DNA of 64,000 nt. It comes from Eledone cirrhosa. Its lineage: Eukaryota. The position numbers and the translations under genes are program-made. The stretch lies in contig CAXHJY010001324.1 in NCBI GenBank assembly GCA_964016885.1, positions 1 to 64,000 on the forward strand, written 5' to 3'. Below, one piece after another: positions 52,512-64,000 of this stretch. Under the pieces are notes generated by a model. The model did no database searches and was not told where the DNA came from. It saw nothing but the letters and a program-made list of their open reading frames with translations. Position 1 is the first letter of the stretch; every line of letters starts with the position of its first letter.

Positions 52512-52809
52512 TGAAAGAGAAATAACAGTATATCTGTGTGTGTGTCAGAGAGATAGATAGATGGATAGATAAAGTTTTTAGGAATTTGGGAGAAATTAAT
52601 AGAATCTTTGGGGGTGCGGGGAATGGAGGGTAAACATCTAATTGAGTTTAAAAAACATAACAATCTTAACAATCATTAAAACGTGAAGACACACAAGCCA
52701 CACAGAAATACATTTAGTCACGCGCACACACACACACGTATGTGTATATATATATATACATATTTCTATATATAATATATGCGTGTGTGTGTATGCGCGG
52801 GTGTATGTG

Positions 52810-52845
<36 letters not shown>

Positions 52846-53198
52846 TAGTTATTTAGATGTAGGTTTTCATTATGTAGGAAGTGATTATAAAGATTTGCGA
52901 CAACGCCGCAGTACATATTTAGCTTTCAATGTTGGAAACTGCTAGTGGATAAGAAATAATAATAATAATAATGTAATTTCTCATTAGATACCAAAGAAAT
53001 GCAAAAGATAATGTTGCAAAACACCCTTCAAATTAATGAGGATCTAAATCACAGTCTTATAGTTTCTTGTAATATTTTATACTATTTCTATCCAATAAAC
53101 TATTTGGGATTTCACCCAGAATCCAATTTGTACAAGACTCATCGAATTTGTATATACATATATAAACACGTATATATATATATATATCTATATATATA

Positions 53199-53242
<44 letters not shown>

Positions 53243-53354
53243 AATGTATGCGTATATATATGTATGAAGTCATATGTATAAATGTATGTAGGCATATCTA
53301 TGTAGACATATGTATAAATGCATACAGGCATATGTATGTATATATGCATACGTG

Positions 53355-53387
<33 letters not shown>

Positions 53388-54074
53388 TGCATGCATCTTT
53401 GAAAGAAATGTTCGACTGTTCAGTTTCCTAGAAATAGTCGAAGAATCTTATGAACCAGATTTTTGGCAACATATTTGAAAATTTCAGACACGTATATATA
53501 TATATATATACGTGCTTATTTTGTTTTTTCTTTCCAATAATAGAGATGTGATTTCTCATATTGTCTTTAGGTTTCAAATGTTGGTGTTCATTTCCTTGGA
53601 GAGGTAACTATTCATTCTTAGTCGATCTATTAATTACGGAAATAATTGGAGTAAATACAATTGGATAGATGTGAATTAAGAGCCATCTTAATTATTATAA
53701 AATGTTCCATCGGCAAGATACTCTATCCCAGAGAGTGCAACTGGGAAACCCACCGAATAAGCTGACAGAATGAAATTATCAGCGAATAGTTATTTGGTTA
53801 GGTGTAAAGCAGAATACATTCATCGATCCTGTAGGCTTAGAAATTTGGATGATAGATATATTGGATTAAGGCTGATTTTATTTCCAGTACTTATGTCATC
53901 GAACCCTTGACATATTTGGTGTATATATGGATGGGGGTCCGGGTGAGAGATGATTGAAAATTTAATGATAGAGAGTTTTAACTAAAATTGCTTGGCTTGT
54001 ACCAGTTCTCTTAAATACAGTTGCGCAAAATTTAATCCAACACATTAGCAATTCTGACAACCGGATGGCCTCCA

Positions 54075-54237
54075 TAGAGGAAAAATACTGTTATAGCTAA
54101 TACCATTTTAACGAATTTTTCTGTATAACGACATTTTTTTCAAACCCCGGCAACACGCTCGATGGGTTAGGTCGATCTCGTTATAACGAATTTTTCATTA
54201 CAAAATATTTCTTTTTATACAACGGAATTTCACTGTA
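54075..54237. mobile_element. Possible pogo/Tigger-like MITE
   Basis: Right end reads TA-CAGTGAAATTCCGTTGTA on the minus strand; internal cgttataacga repeats; left TIR decayed. Confidence 0.45.
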
Positions 54238-54528
54238 TTAACAATGCTGACAATGGTTACCTGTAATTTGATCCGCCACATTACCAATCCTGGCAATACT
54301 GTAATATTTACTCCCGTACGTTACCAATTTTGCACATTAATCGCCTTCTATAAACTGATACAGCGCATTTCAAATTCTACCTCACCCCCATCTGAGGTTT
54401 TCATTTATGTTGAATAAATAAGTATTTATCTGTTTATTTTCCACTTTGTCATCATAAGATTTCCTTCATTATTTTTTCTTCGTCCTCTCAGTTCTCTCAC
54501 TGTGAGTATATGTGTGTATAACTGTATG

Positions 54529-54586
<58 letters not shown>

Positions 54587-54589
<3 letters not shown>

Positions 54590-54783
54590 CGAAGGAGGTG
54601 TAGTAAGGAACCAGATGGGCCATAACGCACCAGAGTACTCAATACTCAATAGTAGTAGAGTGGGTAATAGGAAAATGTATGACCCCGACGGCAGAGCTCA
54701 AGCCATTTCGACAGGTATTTCTGGACCTAGAAATAGCCGTCGAAACGGCTTGAGCTCTGCCGTCAGGATAATACATTTTGCTA
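54587..54783 (-). mobile_element. Family P6 copy
   Basis: Reverse-complement homologue of 28508-28711 with the axis in the same hairpin; TA flanks. Confidence 0.7.
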
Positions 54784-56483
54784 TATATATATATATATAT
54801 CAATTACAAATATATTGAAATGTAATCCCAGGAATATTTCATTTTCCTGATATCCCGATTTCTTGTAGGAAACCTTCAGAAGGTACAACGACAGATACAC
54901 ACACACTTTGTTTTTGTTTTCTTGATTAACTATAATATATATATATATATGAGAGAGACAGAGAGAGAGAGTGATTATATGTATAAACACACGTACATCA
55001 TATATATTGATAGTTATATTCAATAGATACAGTAGTAAGAAATGGCGGAATATATTATACTCATTTATTAGGTTAAATAGATAATATAAACATCCATCGA
55101 AATTCGTTAATTAATTTCCCACTCGTTCGTATTATACACGTCATCTTCGAATCCCTTGGTCAATTTTTAATTAATACTATCAGAATTATCACCAGGCAGC
55201 ATTGATCTGGTTATTGCATAAATGGAGAATAAGTTGTAATGAGTATATACTGTAAGTTATGTTAAGTTGTGCTGTTTAAACAAGGAGAGAATGGTAGTGG
55301 CCAATGCACTTTTCAGAATGTCCGTGACGAGGAAGGGGACATCCCTACATCGGAGGCCTGACTGTAATGCTTACAATACAGTGGTCTCCACTAAAGACAC
55401 CGAACCCTCAGTAGGTGGGGTTTAAACAACTAATAGATTGACATATTAGATCTATCACACAACTACACCAAGATATATGTTCTAATCAAACCGCAAAGAG
55501 CCGAAACAAATACTACACAATCTTTCGCTTGACGTTCTATTTGTTTCGCCCATCTACCGTGTTCAGGATTATTTGTACGTAGATAATAATTATAAATAAT
55601 TATAGTTATGATGGTGTTGTTACTGATAATGATACTGATGATGATGTTAATAACAGTAGCAGTAGTGGTGATGATGATAATAAAGCTAGTCACGATGAAG
55701 ATGCTGATGATGATATTAACGTTCTTATGTGTTAAACTGGAGAGAATTGTGACTGAAATAGGAGGAGATGGGAGATAATAATTGTCGGAAGCGGAGTGAT
55801 CACTTTGACAGCAATTAGTGCTTCTCGTACTTTCCTGTAACGAATGTGATAACGTCAGCGGTCTTTATCACGGTCGATAAACCTAAACGTCTTCTTCATT
55901 ATAATCAAGCCGAATCCATCCGAAGTGACAGTTTCCGCTTGGTAACGTGGTAAGAAATGATGCTCTTTTTCACCGGGTCTCAGGTGGTGCGCGCGCGCAC
56001 ACACACTATCTCTCTCTACCTCTCCCTCTTTCTCTTTTTGTCTTCCCCTTGTTGATTACCGAGAGAAAATGGGAGATGTAGATATCAGATATCAGGAATA
56101 GGTACCGCTGAAGAAAATTTGAAATGCAATGACCTCCAAATAGCTTCTGCATCATGCATATTTTCAATTGGCATACATAACAACAGCTTGAGGCAACAAG
56201 TATATTCTTGCCATAATTTACTCTACCTTGCATATATTATATATATATATATATATATATTGACGGTAAGATAAGAAAAATGTTTATGAACATCGTAATA
56301 TTTTTATTACAGGATGTGGCATGGGCCATTCAATCAAGAAGTCATCATTCCTTCTGAATAAATTATTTAATCAAACAGACAGGATTTTAATGAATACACA
56401 CTGAGCTAACATATGAAAGTGATAATACGGTCTATCATGGAAAATTCACTCTAGAATTATCCCTTAATTCCGAGTAAATATAT

Positions 56484-56898
56484 CTATCTAGGGCGGGTAA
56501 AATTCCCGAGATCCATGGACAAGCTCTCTCTAGAGGTCTCTGTCCCTCATTATCGCTGCCATGTCCAGCGTCTCCAACAGACCAGTGTCTGTCCTTAGGG
56601 TATCAACATACGTTAACCTTGGTCTTCCTCTTCCAGTGTGTCCATGTAGGGGCTCCCACGGGGGCACTGAGTGCAATGTCAACTCTGGATGTCGGTGAGC
56701 ACGTCCGGCTAACCTCAATCTCTTCTGTGTCACTTTTGAGCTGACTCTTGGGAGGCTCCCATACAGCTCTGAGTTTTTCATTCTCAGTGTATACTGATTA
56801 ATGTTCAGAGCCATCCTCAGCATTCTCGTGTAGCACCCATCCACCATCTGAGTGAGTTTCTTGGTCAGTGTCCAAGTCTGAGACCCTTCAGGTCTTCA
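56484..56898 (-). mobile_element. RTE-clade LINE 3' fragment with 13-bp target-site duplication
   Basis: ORF 56530-56847 has RLRLAG..RH and WEPLHGHTGRGRPRLTY; TSD cgagtaaatatat at 56471-56483 and 56899-56911. Confidence 0.8.
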
Positions 56899-57258
56899 CG
56901 AGTAAATATATTATAGTAATAATTGTAATGAATAGAACTGTGTAACACCAAAGAAGTTTGAACTAAGGGAAGCATCTTAGTTAGTGTGCCATGACCGATT
57001 TACTCTAGTCTATTGAGTACAACCGCGAAACTAACTGAATAAGCTGAGGCGAGAACCAAACTGAGTTAGGTGACAAGGAGTGAAGCAGAAAGCAATAACA
57101 TCATTTATCCACTCATCCATGTAACTAAACATCTAGCCGTCCATACATATATACACACATATATACATGCATGCGTACAAATATGCGTATTTCTTGGAGT
57201 GAAGTATACAAAATCACGTGTGAACTTTGCATATATACTCATATATATATATAATATA

Positions 57259-57433
57259 ATAGTTTCTACTTTTGGCACAAGGCCAGCAATTATCCCAGTG
57301 TATTACTGGTGCTTTATTTTATCGACTCCGTAAGGATGAAAGGTAAAGTTAACCGGTGGGATTTGAACTCAGACCATAAAGGCCCGTAACTCTGTGATGC
57401 AAAGCATGGCATCTGACCCTCTACCGATACTGA
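57259..57433 (-). mobile_element. SINE S1
   Basis: Homology to S1. Confidence 0.8.
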
Positions 57434-58138
57434 TAATACACAGACACACATATATATATAAAGTAATCATCACACACATACATATTAGTGTACTAAAGTA
57501 CTAAAGAAACCTGTATATCAATAACATGGATGCAAGTGTATACACAGAAATGCCTGCATCTATATACCTACACAGATCGTTGAAACTGGCTTACATGAAA
57601 CAAGACAAGCCTCGTTTTGAGTGACCGACATGAAATATGCGAAGTAAAATTAATCTCAAATGAAAGCTACATGCTGCATATTGTATATACAGATGTACAT
57701 ATACTCATCCGTACATATGTACTCACACATATACACGTACATGTATATGCACAAAAAAAATTACATATGTATATTTATACGTACATGGATACATATATAC
57801 ATGCATACACATACAATCATGCATACATACATTCATGTACTAAATCATTGCAGGGGGAAACCTTGTTGGTGGCATAGATTGATAGATCGCAGAGAGGAAT
57901 CGCATTCATACATACAAAAATACCCACACACATTCATACGTATGCAAAAATACAACCATATATGTGCACACATTAACGCACACTCAAATTCCTGGAACTC
58001 TTTCTACACAAAATAAAAACGCCTTGCCCCTTTATTAGTCAAGGGCTTGAACTTTGCGAGGAAGTATTTAATCATCTTGCTAGAACAATGCGTACACAAA
58101 TATACATACATACATACATACATGCATGCACCTATTTT

Positions 58139-58356
58139 GGGGATCGATCGACTTTCGTTAAAATCGGACCAAGGAAACAATGTTTTCGTCGGTCTTTCCA
58201 GTTGCTAATACTATTCATCGGTCGCAACTCCAGGTAGAAGGAGCAACGTGAAATAAAGTGTCTTGCTCAAGAACATAACGCATCACCCGGTCCAGGAATC
58301 GAACTCACAGCCTCAAGATTGTGAATCCAATTCTCTAACCACTCAGCCAGCCATGC

Positions 58357-58357
<1 letters not shown>
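58139..58357 (-). mobile_element. SINE S2
   Basis: Highly similar to 9890-10108. Confidence 0.8.
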
Positions 58358-58404
<47 letters not shown>

Positions 58405-58827
58405 GTACATATACATAGACTGGAAGAGAGATAGATTGATAAATATACAGACATATAGATAATCACATATGCACACATATTTATACAAAAAGAGTTGTAT
58501 GTAGATACGAGAATAATAGATGGATCGATCAATAGATAAATAGTCTCAAAGTTACATACGACCTGGTCAATAGGTAATGTCTATCATTCTTTCAATTTAT
58601 CAAGTTTCTACTTCTTTCCTTATCTCTCAATGTTACACGTTTGTCACTCACTCCCACTATTCCTCCACCCTTCTTACCTTCTCCTCCACATCTTCGTATA
58701 TTTATAAGTCTGACTGTGTAATCACCTGACATCTTTAGATATCTTTATAAACATACACACACATGTGTATACATAAATATATATATGTACATGGTTGTGT
58801 ATACATTTGTATTTATATATATTAAAG

Positions 58828-58864
<37 letters not shown>

Positions 58865-58916
58865 AAATTAGTCCTTCAGCAGTGACCTTCCAACTTTCAT
58901 TGGTATTTCATCGCTT

Positions 58917-58954
<38 letters not shown>

Positions 58955-59173
58955 GTGTGTGTGTATATGTTGGAACAAGAACAAACATTACCCACATATC
59001 AATAGTGGTTCTGCACTTTAAGTTATTGCCATTGAACATATGCTAAACTACGTTTTGTTGTAGACAAAATGTTTGTATTTGTGCTCACATACACAAACAC
59101 ACACAACGGAATATTATATAGATCCTTCTATCCACATTTTACCCAGAAGGCATGCGTATGTATTTGCACTTCT

Positions 59174-59204
<31 letters not shown>

Positions 59205-59749
59205 GAAAGGGAGATCGAGAGATCCAGAGCGCAGGCGTAAAAAGCAGTTGCATACCACCACCCCTAATAAAAAAAGAAGGTAATAAAAAGAAATTAGTAG
59301 ATTAAAATTTTGATGATCAGTCTCACAAAGCTTTTTAACTGTCATCTTCTGAAGCTATATTTCTTACAAACTTCCATACACTCACCTAGTAAAATCAATG
59401 AAGTCTAATTCAGGGAAAAAAATCTATTTTCATTAGATGGAAAGCATTTGCAGCATTTGTTGACATTATAATCAGAGAAATTCTCTAGATTTTTTTCTCT
59501 TAATGCTGTGATAATATACAGCTGTGTTAATCTTCTATTCTAGAAACCTCTATAGCTATTGATTTTATAATCGTTTGTCTGTTCACACGATTCTATATCG
59601 ATCCATATACCACCAAACATCAACACATCAACAACACACAGATGTTCGGACTGTTGTTCTGAGACTTACTTGTTTCCAACTAGTATAATGCATTTGTGTC
59701 CATTTACTGTTTGTATATATATATGTATATACATACAGAGACATGCGTG

Positions 59750-59814
<65 letters not shown>

Positions 59815-59919
59815 TATATATTATATATATATATATAAAATATATATATATTATATATATATATATATATATAAAATATATATATATTATATATATATAT
59901 ATAAAATATATATATATTA

Positions 59920-59951
<32 letters not shown>

Positions 59952-61591
59952 CATACATACAGTGATGTGCATGTGTTAGTAAATGCATCAAAATGTTTGT
60001 TTGTTTGTGTGAATGCATAATATATGCATATGGTATGCATTATATGCATATATATATATATATAAATATATGCATGCATGCACGTATGTTTGGAATTGGA
60101 GTATGTATTTATGTAAGTAATGTAATTTTATATACGTATATATATATACTTAATATAAATGCATACACCAATTCTAAACATAAGTGCACATAGCTGTTGA
60201 AGTACACATGTGACGATTCCTCTTTTCTTTTATTTTCTACCTGGTTTATATAATAAAAATTCTTTAAACGAAAGTTTTATTTGTTAAAATGCGTGCAGAC
60301 ATCCAACGCCTTTACTGAATAAATACTAATCTTTGAATACTCTCTGATCTACAAAATATACGCGTCCAAGCACACTCTCGCATACATGTACTTACGCACG
60401 CAGGCACGTAAGCACGCACGCATACACACGCACGCACGCATACACACCCACACTGAAATAATTTAATAGTCAAGAATGTAACAATATTTGTCCAATGAAT
60501 ACAATCTGCTGTACCATTAACGCAATACATATATTTCAAATTTCCAAAGGAAAAGAGGAAGTTTGTGTGCGTGTTCTTTCGTAGTGAATAACGTCTTCCA
60601 CGCAGTCCCCGTAACTGAATTGCAATCTTGGGTCTGATGGCATTTACGGAGGAGCACCTGTAGCTAGAATATTTCCAAGTGGTATGGATATATTAAGGGA
60701 GGATCTGAAAAGTTACTAAGTTATTTTCAGATGTTCTGAGCGTAAATCCTGAAGAACTCTGCATTCATTGAGGAGAGATTTCTACAGAAAGACTATAAAC
60801 ATGTTATACATAATCTTGTTTCTCTGTCCTCTGAGGGCGAAATCATTACCACAGAGAACATGCAACCATAACTGCTGCTGCAGCAGCTATTCTAAATCTT
60901 GGCGGTTCGTTCTCAGGCGCGATGCCTTCATTCAACAAATTTGAATAAGGTCATTCAGAGACCAAGGACACCGAATGTCTCGATGGTGACCGGCAATTTG
61001 TGAATGCCAGGTATTTAATTATCTTCCACTCTTCTGAGTTGCAGCCAGTGGTGCCTAGTTGCGTGACAGGAACTATGAGTGCCTTAGGAGAAAGCGCCCA
61101 AAAAAATGTGGCCTAAAAGATGAACTCTCGAACGGGAAATGGGTTATCCCGTCTGGTCGTTTTCGGTCACCACGTTCGAGGTCAACAGGCTTTAGTTGCG
61201 ACGAGAAAACAACCTCGTAGAGGATCCGCTTAATATCGTCAATATGTTAAATTATATTCTTGATAAACGAAAGCGCTTTGGCCTAAAAGGGGTTATTGCA
61301 TTAACCGACAGTTGGCCTTTGTTTCAGTATTCGTCTAATGCATATGGATGGCTTGCTTATGAACATATATGACCATCTGAGGTAATTATTTCTAAGACGT
61401 ATCGCGGTACAAACAATTATAAGTATATCTATATCGTGGGACGTCAGTTCAATAAATTTTTGGCCTCAATTAAAAATAGTGATATGGTGGTAGTAAGCTG
61501 TAGTATGTGTGTGGATTTTATGCAGGCACACACATACATATATATTTATATATATGTATATAAATATATACAAATAAATGTATATATATTT

Positions 61592-61897
61592 ATACAAATG
61601 AATATATGATAGGGATAAACACTGATACAAGTATACATGTGTTTGCATTGCAAATGACCAATATAGGTTTGTTTTTATTGATTTATTATTTTAAACCGAG
61701 ACTGGCAAACCGTATTATTTTAATTAGTATTTTTCAATCTGGCTAACTTGGTCATTTGCAATGCGAACACATGTATACTTGTATCAGTGTTTATCCCTAT
61801 CATATATTCATTTGTATTACACGGCTCAGAAATATCCTTTTCTTTGAGCTATTTAATTGTAAAAGACTATTTGAGTTTATAACTCTATATATAATAT
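61592..61897 (+). repeat. Inverted repeat (about 68-bp arms) with unique tail (P9)
   Basis: tacaaatgaatatatgatagggataaacactgatacaag...tgaccaa mirrored at about 61748-61815. Confidence 0.65.
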
Positions 61898-62430
61898 ATA
61901 TTTATATATGTACTTATATTTTCAGTTACTCAGAGCCAAGCACATCAGTATAATCAATTGTAACTCAATATATCTGTGAGGTACAGAATAACTTTTCATT
62001 TTGATCCGATTTCCCATTGAATGTCTCTCTCAAAGATGTGCTTGTGTCTTTGAGTATCTGAAAATATATATAAAATGGAGCCAGCCAATCACAGAAATTT
62101 GATAATATGCACCATGCACACAACGTCAATAATAATTTCAGGGTTTCACTATGATACCATATAACGTTCCTGGTAAAAGTGTATTTGGTCGAAAACTATA
62201 ATCCTGAAATACCTTATTTCTTTACGTATTTATAAGGAAGGGGGCGGTGCAATGCTTTTTCTCTCTTCCAGGTCTATGAATATATATGTTATGATAATAG
62301 TAGCAGCTTTTTTTTTCTTCTGAGCTGATATCTTTATCATTTCTATTTCCAACCATTGCAAAGGAAAAGAAAAAGAAATATATACTACTATTTCTTGTTT
62401 TAACCTTTTACTAACGTATTTAGATCCAGT

Positions 62431-62498
<68 letters not shown>

Positions 62499-62770
62499 AT
62501 AATAATAATAAATTTGAAGACTAAAATCCAAAGAGGGCTCGATCAGGATAAATATATATCAAATATATAAGAACCGTAGAGAAGATTTATTTCAGCGAAA
62601 CAAAAGAATACAATTATACTTGTAATATATGCATTTACATATTTATGTTTGTATGTATATATATATATATATATATATAATATGCAAAAGGTAAACAGAA
62701 ACAACAAAGCAAACAGCACAGTATAAGGAAGAAATATATTCGTTTAACGTTTGATTGTGTAGCAAAATAG

Positions 62771-62806
62771 TCTTTACGTTTCGCACACTAGTCCTTTATC
62801 AGAAGA
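62771..62806 (-). ncRNA. Decayed minimal hammerhead ribozyme
   Basis: Minus strand tctt-CTGATAA-a-ggac(tagt)gtgc-GAAA-cg-TA-aaga; G8>A in the core and one stem-II mismatch; lies in a unique segment between TA tracts. Confidence 0.55.
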
Positions 62807-62911
62807 TAGAATTAGAAATAAAAGATGAAATAGAAGAGGAAGGAACGGGGAATAAAAAATGCTTTTAAAGAAAAGATACGGGTGTATTCAGTCAGACAAT
62901 TTGGTGATATA

Positions 62912-62954
<43 letters not shown>

Positions 62955-64000
62955 ATGTGATGTAGTTTCTCCAACCCCGAAAAAATAATCTAAGTTGAGT
63001 TCAGCATTTATTTTATGGAATAGAATAAGGACAACGAATCCAAGGGAGAGATATATTTGGTATATTCTATATAATCCATGGTAGTGAGTGGCGGCTTGCT
63101 ATGATTTACAACTCTCAACAAGCTCCAAAACAGGAAAATTATTTCTTAAACGTTAAATGAAGAAGCGAAGATATTCTTTGACTGGGGGGGAGATAAATGG
63201 CAGTTGCACAGCTTCATTGCAAGATAAAAGAATTGGATAATCTTAGAAATGCAAATGTGTATTTCAGGGGTTGTAAAAGGTGTCAACAGCACACTAGTTA
63301 TAGGCAAAAATAATGAAGCAGCAATAACAAGATGATGAATAATAACTATTGGTAGTAGTTGTTGTTGTACAGAATGAAAACGGAGAAGATGAAGAAAAAG
63401 ATTGAAAAGAACGATGATGATGATGATGTTGACCAAAGAAGGAAACAAAGAAGGAAAAATGAGGATTGACGAAAGAAGAAGAAAGACGAGGGAAATGGTA
63501 TTAAATGAAACACATACAGTGATAACAGCACTCGTAAGATACAGAAATGGCCTTCGTTCCAGTGTATGGCAAAAGTAAAGAGAAATAAACAAACGATAGA
63601 GCGTAATTAACATAAATCTTACAGCTAGCTTTGAAGTAGATAAATGTAGACAGAGAACATCGATATATATATAGTATAAGTGATCCGGCAAAAAATAGAG
63701 TTGGTTATTATAATAATAATAATAATATATTTGTGATATCCTTCACAATAACGTGTGAGATATCCAGGAAAAAATAAAAGGAGGAAAGGAATGACAGAAC
63801 GAGAAATGAGGTATCCTTGAAGTAAATGAATTCCGTGGAATCGGATTTGGTGTGCACCATCCTGAAAATTAAATAGTGCCGTTAAGATCAAATATTAACA
63901 AGGAAAAATCGCTTTCTTTGCAATCCCATTATTGATAGAAACAAGCAAGCGAAGATAGTGTTAAAAGGGCTTAAAATTTGGTCAAGCTAAAACTTCAGAT

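Noticed and set aside
60690-61465. Possible mariner TIR-like ends
   Set aside because: No matching inverted partner or transposase motif could be established
63146-63691. 181-aa hydrophobic ORF
   Set aside because: Low-complexity, non-ATG start, no family motif; probably UTR or intergenic

Overview
AT-rich, microsatellite-dense eukaryotic DNA with no convincing complete host gene. The SINE repertoire and the (TA)n/(CA)n density suggest an octopus or other coleoid genome (inference). Recognisable content is mobile DNA: three young 5'-truncated copies of one CR1/Jockey-group LINE reverse transcriptase, many tRNA-derived SINEs, RTE-LINE fragments, a decayed hAT transposase, a non-autonomous Helitron and a PIF1-helicase fossil. 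The main signal is a set of short fold-back (inverted-repeat) elements from apparently unrelated families, nearly all beside (TA)n tracts. Four carry a recognisable type-I hammerhead ribozyme (CUGANGA...GAAA...UH with paired stems), and others carry partial or decayed ones. They look like non-coding Penelope-like (pLTR/retrozyme-type) ends, and they cluster with the LINEs in a 12-kb nest at 16.6-28.9 kb. All calls were made by eye; no database searches or folding programs were run.
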